A DNA stretch of 64,000 bases from Eledone cirrhosa (lineage: Eukaryota): assembly GCA_964016885.1 (NCBI GenBank), contig OZ024740.1, positions 114,762,001 to 114,826,000 of the forward strand, written 5' to 3'. Position numbers and translations under genes: made by a program. Positions 39,701 to 49,212 of this stretch are shown here, piece after piece. Numbering within the stretch: position 1 is the stretch's first letter; each line of letters opens with the position of its first letter. The notes under the pieces are model-generated. The model saw only the letters and a list, made by a program, of their open reading frames with translations. It did not search any database and had not been told where the DNA came from.

Positions 39701-40123
39701 GTCGCCCACTAACACTAAAGAGCGGGACGTTCCAAGAAAGGTCTCCAGACGCCGGAAGAAATCAGGCCGCCCTGCTCCTGTCGGGGCATAGACGGCCACT
39801 AGCCTGAAAGCTTGCCCGTCTCCGCTGGTCACGTCCAGCACCACCAGCTTACCCTCTGGGTCCAGGAAGATGGCCCGTATGGCGAGATCCAAACCTCTCC
39901 GAAAAAGCACAGCAACTCCTCCACCCGATCCAGGACGGCTGGGAGATGCGTACACATCGTAGCCGCCGAAGATCGGTACGAAGGCCCGTGCTTCGGAGAT
40001 TCTGGTCTCGCTGATGGCCACTACATCTATGTTTAGTGACCTGAGGTCGTTGAGCAGGTGACCCTGCTTCCATGACGACCCCAAGCCACGCGCATTTATG
40101 CTGCCTATTCTGAGTGAGGTCAT
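36704..40123 (-). CDS. ORF2: APE, RT and zinc finger (1139 aa)
   Basis: All APE and RT motifs present (GDWN, TDH, QGCPLS, YADD). Confidence 0.97.
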   Translation of the reverse strand: MTSLRIGSINARGLGSSWKQGHLLNDLRSLNIDVVAISETRISEARAFVPIFGGYDVYASPSRPGSGGGVAVLFRRGLDLAIRAIFLDPEGKLVVLDVTSGDGQAFRLVAVYAPTGAGRPDFFRRLETFLGTSRSLVLVGDWNGILDARWDCVGLADRGGGCKSLTNLLRRFELSDRYRLDFPNVPMWTWKNRIGSSRSYLDRVFCREIDRSSIGCPQFKIVSYTDHKFVICVLDLDRLHRRGPGYWKLNASLPARKAYRDRISELVKRALTGAIVNNKWWFALKRAIRIESIRFSKALAIEKNRAEGELVRKLDEALSKGIATDVLAAKLALDQFFNAKHEGCVVRARVRALRHEGTKAVQWARVAEARRGNKATIRSLVDHDGRMLLDPGQMCEAFQRHFAQLFGGSGGPGRGMDFSVYLDGLPRLSATEAKCCEKPITAAEVREAMTGCTRGKSPGLDGLPYELYVQMPDLFGGLLADVYCNWQQNGRIPSSVSRVAVALLRKDPNKGDNIDNFRPITLLNTEFKILAKVLAKRLALVVGGLVGEAQTCAIPDRSIHDNLHLMRYIVERVAREPGTGGSLINLDQSKAFDRVDHRYLAAVLRAAGFGPVFRGWIAAMHSDICSVVRVNGHLSEPFNIMRSVRQGCPLSSLLYVLTLEPLLHKLETLRGVPRELGCGRSVSAYADDVTVVVSNAKHIEAIGTTLREYEAVTGAMINQEKSVGLQLGTWRGRSMPSNSVVGRWTDGPVKLLGVWFGPDLQMDKNWDEVTSRVASLTQKWAERKLSLKGRAEVANAYIASVICYRLTVVPCPKPRLTALERLLFRFLWKGRAPMVRRSICCQHPLRGGLGMPWLMMRRHALRLRHLHLFLDGDQVWSPFARRVFPQLVSLTELQSWVKRRPRGSAWRLECLQALTALDQSGNVIGGNSTSAFYRGLVEGKSDDVLGETLGVDENQLANLFGRTFGPGPMDNFQKSLAWQCYRGALPVRDKLYRHGGAVSRACPRCAQGDETVLHALVQCPKIADLWVYVEHLLSRLGRIQLSSESIVRIAPPSSFSREGQAVFICLVAMAKEIVWWTRLKGLKTSTYLFGDALIDFFKFHLKRKIRVEKEVLSSQHFVERWVREARMARVNGPTLSIYL

Positions 40124-40158
40124 GTTTAAAATAGAGTGGAAAAGATGGGAAAGACCAC

Positions 40159-42252
40159 TTACCGTACTTTTGGTAGAGGAGGGATGGTTTTTACATCCCT
40201 TTTCACTTGATCGTCTGGTGAAGGGACCGTTGAATCGTCCCTTCGGCTGGTCGTCGGCTCTTCTAAGAGAATGTCTGAGTATACTCTTCGATTGATGGTT
40301 CCTCCTAGGTCCCTGAAATCACCAACTGCGTTGGGGAATTTCGTTTTAATGTTTGTGTATTGTTTCTGTGCTATTTTTAGCAGTCTTATGTTAGTTGGCG
40401 TTTTGATTGGTGCTGGTATTATGTAGTCCTGTTGTGAAATGTCTGTGTGTTCAATTATGTAAGTCATTAGTTTCTTGTTGTGTGTATTTATTGCCGTGCA
40501 TTTGTTTTTCTGGGGGTGGGGTGTGGTTCTGCTATTTTCTTGTCGTTGTTGCTGGGTGTGTGTGTTTTGTTGTTGTGTTTGCGATGTTGGTGCTTGTGGT
40601 GGTGGAGTTGAAGGTGTTGTTGGCGGTGGGGTTGTCGCCGGTGGTGATGGTGGTGCTAGTGTGGGTGGTGATGGTGATGGTGTTGTTGCTGCTGTGGGTC
40701 TCTTTGCAGTAGACTTTACCCTTTTCTCATTTCTTTCCTCCCTTTTCAAAGGCGACGATGCGCTGCTTCTGCGTTTGTGCCTTCTTACGACCTTTTGCCA
40801 TCCCTCTCCCACCCCACACTCCATGTCTGATTCTGTGAGGTCGGGGAGGGGTACCAGCTCCACTCTTTCACTTGTTGTTGGTGATGTTTGCACTGGAGTC
40901 TCTGTTGCAGCTGCATTTGGTATTGCTGTTGTTGTTGTTAATATTTCCACTGCTGCTGCTGTTTTTGATTTCCGTGGAGTGGGTATGGGTGCCACGGACC
41001 TATCGTTCCTGGTTGCCGCTTGTCCTGTTGCTGGTAGCCGTGGAGCCGGATTCGGAAGGAGGGGGGTTTTCTCCTTTCTCAGGGTCTTCTCGTTGCAGAA
41101 GGCCCTGAGGTGAGTCTTCGATCCACAGCGAAAGCATTTCGGGCGTTTGCCCTCAACACTTATGGGCAGTTGAGTGCCGTTATCGAAGTCTATCACATCC
41201 GGGATAGCTTCGATGCACTCCTGGTTGGTTTGGATTAGCATCTCAATGGAGGAGCCGACCCAATCTTCTCTTACTTTTTTCTGTACTTGCAGTACAGTTG
41301 TTTTGTCCTCAATTCCGACGAGGACAGACGCGGCCAGCCAAGAAGGGGTCATTCCGGGGGGGACGTGGGTTAGTTTGACCCTCACAATTTTTTGCCCACA
41401 GTAGGAGGGCACCAACACCATTTCCTCGCTCCTTAGGGTCACTACTGATTGGGCCTTTGCCTCCTGGGGTGTGGCAAAAAGTACGTCTACGGTGGCATAT
41501 TTTTTGCCTCGGGTGATGTGCGTTTTCCGCTGCCACACAGACACCAAGGCTTTTTGTATTTGGGCCTCTGTGGCTCTTTCCACCCTACGGGATTTTGTAC
41601 TTACTGTACGGTACGTGACCGTACAGTGCTCTTGGGTTTCGAAAAATTTTTCCGCTGCCTTGCAGATTGCTCGGTGTCCGTTCTTTGTAGCCATCTTCTT
41701 CGCTTCCTCTAATTCCTCATTTGTTATGAGGATTGTTTCCAAGTTTTTCGCAATACCTGCAAATGAGATTGGTTTTTCTCTGCTGTTGTTGTTGTCGTCA
41801 GAGCTGCTGGTACTTTTGTTGTTGCTGCAGGTACTACGACTACTGCCTCCGCCGCTGTTGCTGTGGTTGTTGTTGGTGTTGCTGCTGCTAATGCTGTTGT
41901 TGTTTATGCTGCTGGTGATGCTGTTGCGGCTGCTACTGTTGTTTTCATTGTCACTGTTGCTGTTGTTATTACGGCTGCTACTGCTATTATTCCTGACGTC
42001 AGACGAATGAACTGGGTTTTCGTATTTCCTGCACACCTGTTTCGTCGCTGTCGTCGTCGTCGTGGAGAAACTTTGCACGCTTTGCACGAGACTTTTCTTT
42101 TCTTTCGTCACTTGCGAAAGAGAAGGGAGGGAGAGAGACACATTTAAAGAAGGGAGGGAGAGAGACAATCTTCTCTCTGCTGTAGTGATGATTGAGGAAG
42201 AAGAAGACGGAATGAGTGGGAGTGACGTATGAAATTTCTTTTTCGTAGCCAT
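40159..42252 (-). CDS. ORF1 (697 aa, CCHC knuckle)
   Basis: Open frame; 35-nt spacer to the ORF2 ATG. Confidence 0.93.
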   Translation of the reverse strand: MATKKKFHTSLPLIPSSSSSIITTAERRLSLSLPSLNVSLSLPSLSQVTKEKKSLVQSVQSFSTTTTTATKQVCRKYENPVHSSDVRNNSSSSRNNNSNSDNENNSSSRNSITSSINNNSISSSNTNNNHSNSGGGSSRSTCSNNKSTSSSDDNNNSREKPISFAGIAKNLETILITNEELEEAKKMATKNGHRAICKAAEKFFETQEHCTVTYRTVSTKSRRVERATEAQIQKALVSVWQRKTHITRGKKYATVDVLFATPQEAKAQSVVTLRSEEMVLVPSYCGQKIVRVKLTHVPPGMTPSWLAASVLVGIEDKTTVLQVQKKVREDWVGSSIEMLIQTNQECIEAIPDVIDFDNGTQLPISVEGKRPKCFRCGSKTHLRAFCNEKTLRKEKTPLLPNPAPRLPATGQAATRNDRSVAPIPTPRKSKTAAAVEILTTTTAIPNAAATETPVQTSPTTSERVELVPLPDLTESDMECGVGEGWQKVVRRHKRRSSASSPLKREERNEKRVKSTAKRPTAATTPSPSPPTLAPPSPPATTPPPTTPSTPPPQAPTSQTQQQNTHTQQQRQENSRTTPHPQKNKCTAINTHNKKLMTYIIEHTDISQQDYIIPAPIKTPTNIRLLKIAQKQYTNIKTKFPNAVGDFRDLGGTINRRVYSDILLEEPTTSRRDDSTVPSPDDQVKRDVKTIPPLPKVR

Positions 42253-42767
42253 GTTGTTTTTTGTTTAAAATGAATATTGGGTACAAAACCCCAATAACTG
42301 GTTATTTAGCCCCGAAGGGCCAAATAACGGACAGAAAGACCCCTCTCACGAGGAGGAGGGTGTCTTTATCAACAATTTGGTTCAAGTTTTAAACAATTTA
42401 CAATTGTTTTAACGGTTAAAAATTACTATACCTTACAGAGCCGAGCCTCCGTCAACCATGGCATTCAATAATAATAATAATAACAATAATAATAATAATA
42501 ATAATGATTTCTTTATTAACCACAAGGGTTTACATAAAGTAGACATTAAGGACAGTGCAGGACAATGCAGGACGGTACAAATGGGCATTTCTGCGTGTAA
42601 AAAAACAAAAACAGAGGATGTAACAAAAATAACAATGAAAATAACAATGAAAAATTCCCCAATAGGGGGGAGACTTCGGAGGGACATTTGTGGAGAAAGC
42701 CCAGTAAAAAGCCACAATGACCCTGACCACCAAGGCAAGTGCCCTCTCCCAGTTTTCCACCTTTAGT

Positions 42768-45700
42768 TTACAGATATATACTCAGAGTCGGCCCATTCAC
42801 TCGGGCCATTCTTGCTTCTCTCACCCATCTTTCAACAAAATGCTGGGAAGAGAGCACTTCCTTCTCTACTCTGATTTTCCTTTTCAAATGAAATTTGAAA
42901 AAGTCAATCAGAGCATCACCGAAGAGGTAAGTGCTCGTCTTCAGCCCTTTCAAACGTGTCCACCATACTATCTCTTTCGCCATGGCCACCAGACAGATAA
43001 AAACTGCCTGCCCTTCTCGGCTAAAGGAGGAGGGCGGGGCAATCCTCACGATGGACTCAGATGATAGCTGGATCCGTCCTAAACGCGACAGCAGGTGTTC
43101 GACATAAACCCACAAGTCAGCAATTTTCGGACACTGGACGAGTGCGTGCAGGACGGTTTCGTCGCCCTGCGCGCATCTCGGACATGCCCGGCTGACGGAA
43201 CCTCCATGCCTGTAGAGTTTATCCCGAACTGGCAAGGCTCCTCGGTAGCACTGCCAGGCCAGAGATTTCTGGAAGTTGTCCATAGGCCCTGGCCCGAAAG
43301 TTCTTCCGAAGAGATTGGCTAGTTGATTTTCGTCGACGCCTAGAGTTTCCCCAAGTACGTCGTCGCTCTTCCCCTCCACTAATCCTCTATAGAACGCCGA
43401 GGTGGAGTTTCCACCGATCACATTGCTCGATTGGTCAAGGGCTGTGAGCGCCTGAAGACATTCCAGTCTCCAGGCGCTCCCTCTCGGTCTTCGCTTGACC
43501 CAGGACTGCAGCTCCGTCAAGGAAACGAGCTGGGGAAAAACGCGTCTAGCAAACGGCGACCACACCTGATCACCGTCGAGGAAGAGGTGGAGATGTCGTA
43601 GCCTGAGCGCGTGCCTGCGCATCATCAGCCACGGCATGCCCAGCCCTCCACGTAGCGGGTGTTGACAACAGATGGACCGCCTGACCATCGGAGCACGTCC
43701 CTTCCACAAAAAGCGAAAGAGCAAACGCTCCAGCGCAGTCAGGCGAGGCTTAGGACAAGGTACGACGGTTAGGCGGTAGCAGATGACAGACGCGATGTAC
43801 GCGTTAGCCACCTCCGCTCGACCTTTCAGGGATAGCTTCCTCTCCGCCCATTTCTGGGTGAGAGAAGCCACCCTGCTCGTCACCTCGTCCCAGTTTTTGT
43901 CCGTCTGGAGGTCCGGACCGAACCAGACCCCTAGCAATTTAACCGGTCCGTCCGTCCAGCGCCCGACGACGCTGTTGGACGGCATGGACCTGCCTCTCCA
44001 GGTGCCGAGCTGCAGGCCCACTGACTTTTCCTGGTTGATCATTGCTCCTGTCACCGCTTCGTATTCTCTTAGTGTAGTGCCGATCGCCTCGATGTGTTTG
44101 GCGTTCGACACCACTACGGTGACATCGTCCGCATATGCTGACACGGATCTTCCGCATCCTAGTTCGCGCGGGACTCCCCTCAACGTCTCCAGTTTGTGCA
44201 GTAATGGCTCGAGAGTCAATACGTACAAGAGGGACGAGAGGGGACATCCTTGGCGGACCGAGCGCATGATGTTGAACGGTTCCGACAGGTGACCGTTCAG
44301 TCTCACCACAGAGCAGATGTCGCTGTGCATGGCAGCGATCCAGCCTCTGAAGACGGTCCCAAAGCCAGCCGCCCTCAGGACTGCCGCTAGGTAACGATGG
44401 TCGACCCTATCGAAAGCTTTCGACTGATCTAAATTGATCAAGGACCCACCCGTGCCAGGTTCCCTAGCTACCCTCTCTACGATGTATCGCATGAGGTGGA
44501 GGTTGTCGTGGATGGATCTGTCGGGAATGGCGCATGTCTGCGCCTCTCCCACCAGACCACCAACGACAAGCGCCAACCTCTTTGCTAGCACCTTGGCCAA
44601 AATCTTAAACTCTGTGTTTAGCAGAGTTATGGGCCGGAAATTGTCTATGTTATCCCCCTTGTTCGGATCCTTTCTCAGCAGTGCCACCGCTCCTCAGCTC
44701 ACAGAACTGGGAATTCTCCCGTTCTGTTGCCAGTTGCAGTAGACGTCCGCCAAGAGGCCTCCGAACAAGTCTGGCATCTGTACGTAAAGTTCACAGGGCA
44801 GACCATCCAAACCAGGCGATTTACCCCTTGTGCAGCCAGTCATTGCCTCCCGTACTTCAGCGGCTGTTATCGGCTTTTCGCAACACCTCGCCTCAGTGGC
44901 CGAGAGCCGCGGCAGTCCGTCGAGGTAGACACTAAAGTCCATCCCTCTACCCGGCCCCCCGCTGCCCCCGAACAGCTGAGCGAAGTGTCGCTGAAAAGCT
45001 TCACACATTTGCCCGGGATCGAGTAGCATGCGCCCGTCGTGGTCCACCAAAGACCGGATCGTGGCTTTGTTGCCACGACGCGCCTCCGCCACTCGGGCCC
45101 ATTGAACGGCTTTCGTCCCCTCGTGTCTGAGAGCACGCACCCTAGCTCTGACAACGCAGCCTTCGTGCTTTGCATTGAAGAATTGGTCAAGGGCCAATTT
45201 CGCCGCAAGCACGTCGGTCGCAATGCCTTTGCTAAGCGCCTCGTCTAATTTTCTAACTAGTTCTCCCTCTGCTCTATTTTTCTCTATTGCTAAAGCCTTA
45301 CTAAACCTAATCGATTCTATTCTAATCGCTCTTTTCAGAGCAAACCACCACTTGTTGTTGACGATGGCCCCCGTCAACGCCCGCTTAACTAGTTCGCTAA
45401 TCCGGTCTCTGTAGGCCTTGCGCGCTGGTAAGGACGCGTTTAGCTTCCAGTAGCCGGGTCCTCGTCTATGAAGCCTATCTAAGTCAAGCACACAGGTCAC
45501 GAATTTGTGGTCCGTGTAGCTGACTATCTTGAATTGTGGACAGCCTATGCTAGACCTATCTATTTCCCTACAAAATACTCTATCTAGATATGATCTGGAT
45601 GACCCTATACGGTTTGTCCAAGTCCACATTGGCACATTCGGGAAATCCAATCGGTACCTGTCAGACAGTTCAAAACGCCTGAGCAGGTTGGTGAGGCTCT

Positions 45701-46187
45701 TGCACCCTCCACCCCTATCCGCTAATCCCACACAGTCCCAGCGTGCATCTAAGATCCCGTTCCAGTCGCCCACTAACACTAAAGAGCGGGACGTTCCAAG
45801 AAAGGTCTCCAGACGCCGGAAGAAATCAGGCCGCCCTGCTCCTGTCGGGGCATAGACGGCCACTAGCCTGAAAGCTTGCCCGTCTCCGCTGGTCACGTCC
45901 AGCACCACCAGCTTACCCTCTGGGTCCAGGAAGATGGCCCGTATGGCGAGATCCAAACCTCTCCTAAAAAGCACAGCAACTCCTCCACCGGATCCAGGAC
46001 GGCTGGGAGATGCGTACACATCGTAGCCGCCGAAGATCGGTGCGAAGGCCCGTGCTTCGGAGATTCTGGTCTCGCTGATGGCCACTACATCTATGTTTAG
46101 TGACCTGAGGTCGTTGAGCAGGTGACCCTGCTTCCATGACGACCCCAAGCCACGCGCATTTATGCTGCCTATTCTGAGTGAGGTCAT
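42768..46187 (-). pseudogene. ORF2 with premature stop (CGA>TGA at 44694-44696)
   Basis: 497 aa and 639 aa ORFs in frame; tcctcagctc versus tcctcggctc (CpG transition). Confidence 0.92.
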
Positions 46188-46222
46188 GTTTAAAATAGAG
46201 TGGAAAAGATGGGAAAGACCAC

Positions 46223-48319
46223 TTACCGTACTTTTGGTAGAGGAGGGATGGTTTTTACATCCCTTTTCACTTGATCGTCTGGTGAAGGGACCGTTGAATC
46301 GTCCCTTCGGCTGGTCGTCGGCTCTTCTAAGAGAATGTCTGAATATACTCTTCGATTGATGGTTCCTCCTAGGTCCCTGAAATCACCAACTGCGTTGGGG
46401 AATTTCGTTTTAATATTTGTGTATTGTTTCTGTGCTATTTTTAGCAGTCTTATGTTAGTTGGCGTTTTGATTGGTGCTGGTATTATGTAGTCCTGTTGTG
46501 AAATGTCTGTGTGTTCAATTATGTAAGTCATTAGTTTCTTGTTGTGTGTATTTATTGCCGTGCATTTGTTTTTCTGGGGGTGGGGTGTGGTTCTGCTATT
46601 TTCTTGTCGTTGTTGCTGGGTGTGTGTGTTTTGTTGTTGTGTTTGCGATGTTGGTGCTTGTGGTGGTGGTGTTGAAGGTGTTGTTGGCGGTGGGGTTGTC
46701 GCCGGTGGTGATGGTGGCGCTAGTGTGGGTGGTGATGGTGTTGGTGTTGTTGCTGCTGTGGGTCTCTTTGCAGTAGACTTTACCCTTTTCTCATTTCTTT
46801 CCTCCCTTTTCAAAGGCGACGATGCGCTGTTTCTGCGTTTGTGCCTTCTTACGACCTGTTGCCATCTCTCTCCCACCTCACACTCCATGTCTGATTCTGT
46901 GAGGTCGGGGAGGGGTACCAGCTCCACTCTTTCACTTGTTGTTGTTGGTGATGTTTGCACTGGAGTCTCTGTTGCAGCTGCATTTGGTATTGCTGTTGTT
47001 GTTGTTAATATTTCCACTGCTGCTGCTGTTTTTGATTTCCGTGGAGTGGGTATGGGTGCCACGGACCTATCGTTCCTGGTTGCCGCTTGTCCTGTTGCTG
47101 GTAGCCGTGGAGCCGGATTCGGAAGGAGGGGGGTTTTCTCCTTTCTCAGGGTCTTCTCGTTGCAGAAGGCCCTGAGGTGAGTCTTCGATCCACAGCGAAA
47201 GCATTTCGGGCGTTTGCCCTCAACACTTATGGGCAGTTGAGTGCCGTTATCGAAGTCTATCACATCCGGGATAGCTTCAATGCACTCCTGGTTGGTTTGG
47301 ATTAGCATTTCAATGGAGGAGCCGACCCAATCTTCTCTTACTTTTTTCTGTACTTGCAGTACAGTTGTTTTGTCCTCAATTCCGACGAGGACAGACGCGG
47401 CCAGCCAAGAAGGGGTCATTCCGGGGGGGACGTGGGTTAGTTTGACCCTCACAATTTTTTGCCCACAGTAGGAGGGCACCAACACCATTTCCTCGCTCCT
47501 TAGGGTCACTACTGATTGGGCCTTTGCCTCCTGGGGTGTGGCAAAAAGTACGTCTACGGTGGCATATTTTTTGCCTCGGGTGATGTGCGTTTTCCGCTGC
47601 CACACAGACACCAAGGCTTTTTGTATTTGGGCCTCTGTGGCTCTTTCCACCCTACGGGATTTTGTACTTACTGTACGGTACGTGACCGTACAGTGCTCTT
47701 GGGTTTCGAAAAATTTTTCCGCTGCCTTGCAGATTGCTCGGTGTCCGTTCTTTGTAGCCATCTTCTTCGCTTCCTCTAATTCCTCATTTGTTATGAGGAT
47801 TGTTTCCAAGTTTTTCGCAATACCTGCAAATGAGATTGGTTTTTCTCTGCTGTTGTTGTTGTCGTCAGAGCTGCTGGTACTTTTGTTGTTGCTGCAGGTA
47901 CTACGACTACTGCCTCCGCCGCTGTTGCTGTGGTTGTTGTTGGTGTTGCTGCTGCTAATGCTGTTGTTGTTTATGCTGCTGGTGATGCTGTTGCGGCTGC
48001 TACTGTTGTTTTCATTGTCACTGTTGCTGTTGTTATTACGGCTGCTACTGCTATTATTCCTGACGTCAGACGAATGAACTGGGTTTTCGTATTTCCTGCA
48101 CACCTGTTTCGTCGCTGTCGTCGTCGTCGTGGAGAAACTTTGCACGCTTTGCACGAGACTTTTCTTTTCTTTCGTCACTTGCGAAAGAGAAGGGAGGGAG
48201 AGAGACACATTTAAAGAAGGGAGGGAGAGAGACAATCTTCTCTCTGCTGTAGTGATGATTGAGGAAGAAGAAGACGGAATGAGTGGGAGTGACGTATGAA
48301 ATTTCTTTTTCGTAGCCAT
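46223..48319 (-). CDS. ORF1 (698 aa, CCHC knuckle)
   Basis: Open frame homologous to the other copies. Confidence 0.93.
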   Translation of the reverse strand: MATKKKFHTSLPLIPSSSSSIITTAERRLSLSLPSLNVSLSLPSLSQVTKEKKSLVQSVQSFSTTTTTATKQVCRKYENPVHSSDVRNNSSSSRNNNSNSDNENNSSSRNSITSSINNNSISSSNTNNNHSNSGGGSSRSTCSNNKSTSSSDDNNNSREKPISFAGIAKNLETILITNEELEEAKKMATKNGHRAICKAAEKFFETQEHCTVTYRTVSTKSRRVERATEAQIQKALVSVWQRKTHITRGKKYATVDVLFATPQEAKAQSVVTLRSEEMVLVPSYCGQKIVRVKLTHVPPGMTPSWLAASVLVGIEDKTTVLQVQKKVREDWVGSSIEMLIQTNQECIEAIPDVIDFDNGTQLPISVEGKRPKCFRCGSKTHLRAFCNEKTLRKEKTPLLPNPAPRLPATGQAATRNDRSVAPIPTPRKSKTAAAVEILTTTTAIPNAAATETPVQTSPTTTSERVELVPLPDLTESDMECEVGERWQQVVRRHKRRNSASSPLKREERNEKRVKSTAKRPTAATTPTPSPPTLAPPSPPATTPPPTTPSTPPPQAPTSQTQQQNTHTQQQRQENSRTTPHPQKNKCTAINTHNKKLMTYIIEHTDISQQDYIIPAPIKTPTNIRLLKIAQKQYTNIKTKFPNAVGDFRDLGGTINRRVYSDILLEEPTTSRRDDSTVPSPDDQVKRDVKTIPPLPKVR

Positions 48320-48580
48320 GTTGTTTTTTGTTTAAAATGAATATTGGGTACAAAACCCCAATAACTGGTTATTTAGCCCCGAAGGGCCAAATAACGGACA
48401 GAAAGACCCCTCTCACGAGGAGGAGGGTGTCTTTATCAACAATTTGGTTCAAGTTTTAAACAATTTACAATTGTTTTAACGGTTAAAAATTACTATACCT
48501 TACAGAGCCGAGCCTCCGTCAACCATGGCATTCAATAATAATAATAATAACAATAATAATAATAATAATAATAATAATAA

Positions 48581-49163
48581 GCATTTTGACCTGCCCCATC
48601 AAAAGAATTGGTGGGAGCATCAACCACCTCCCATACTTGAAAAAGATCACATCTCAATCTTGTGGAACTTTAGCATCCAAACAGACCGAAAAATAGATGC
48701 AAACAGACCTGATATAATATTGAAAGACTTTAAAAATAGGGTATGCCTGCTAATTGATATGTCTGTTCCAATAGACAAGAATGTATCTATAAAAACATTT
48801 GAAAAATTGAGCAAGTATAAGGACCTGGAGATAGAAATTGGAAAAATGTGGAAATTGAGAACTAAAACAATACCAGTGGTTGTAGGCGCTCTAGGAATGA
48901 TACCTAAGGGGGCTAATGATTACTTATCGCAAATCCCAGGAAACCCGCGTATAGGAGAAATACAAAAGATAGTACTAATGGGAACTGCCCATATACTAAG
49001 GAAGATTCTGTCAATATAAGTACATCACAAGTCTAAACACTAAGGATGCATGTGTGAATATGTATGTTCTTTCTTGAACATGGCGGACCTTGTTGTCTCT
49101 TGAGGTCACTGGTTGTGACTTGGTGATAACTCGTATGAACATAAAGCAAGATAAACGCAACTG
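48581..49163 (+). mobile_element. 5'-truncated Dong/R4-clade element (RLE domain, 3'UTR, (TAA)n tail)
   Basis: WWEHQP...ILWNFSIQTDRKIDANRPDII...LIDMSVP...EKLSKYKDL...PVVVGALG...GTAHILRKIL*; (AAT)n on both sides; Dong elements are known to target TAA repeats. Confidence 0.85.
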
Positions 49164-49207
<44 letters not shown>

Positions 49208-49212
49208 GTAAT

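Larger units (their letters stand above)
36441..42466 (-). mobile_element. Tx1-like retrotransposon, copy 3 (both ORFs intact, potentially active)
   Basis: ORF1 697 aa and ORF2 1139 aa uninterrupted. Confidence 0.95.
42506..48533 (-). mobile_element. Tx1-like retrotransposon, copy 4 (full length, ORF2 nonsense)
   Basis: Near-identical to copies 1-3; bounded by (AAT)n. Confidence 0.95.

Noticed and set aside
42336-42368. HDV-like ribozyme in the Tx1 5'UTR (tcctcgt resembles loop L3)
   Set aside because: The flanks form a simple hairpin; P1/P2/P4 nesting could not be built.
42415-42440. Spliced-leader or snRNA-like motif (aag|gtatag followed by aattttta)
   Set aside because: The Sm-site match is imperfect and no SL or snRNA fold is recognisable.
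48525-49019. 164-aa ORF starting MAFNNNN as an independent gene
   Set aside because: Chimeric frame formed by the antisense Tx1 5' end, (AAT)n and the truncated Dong RLE.
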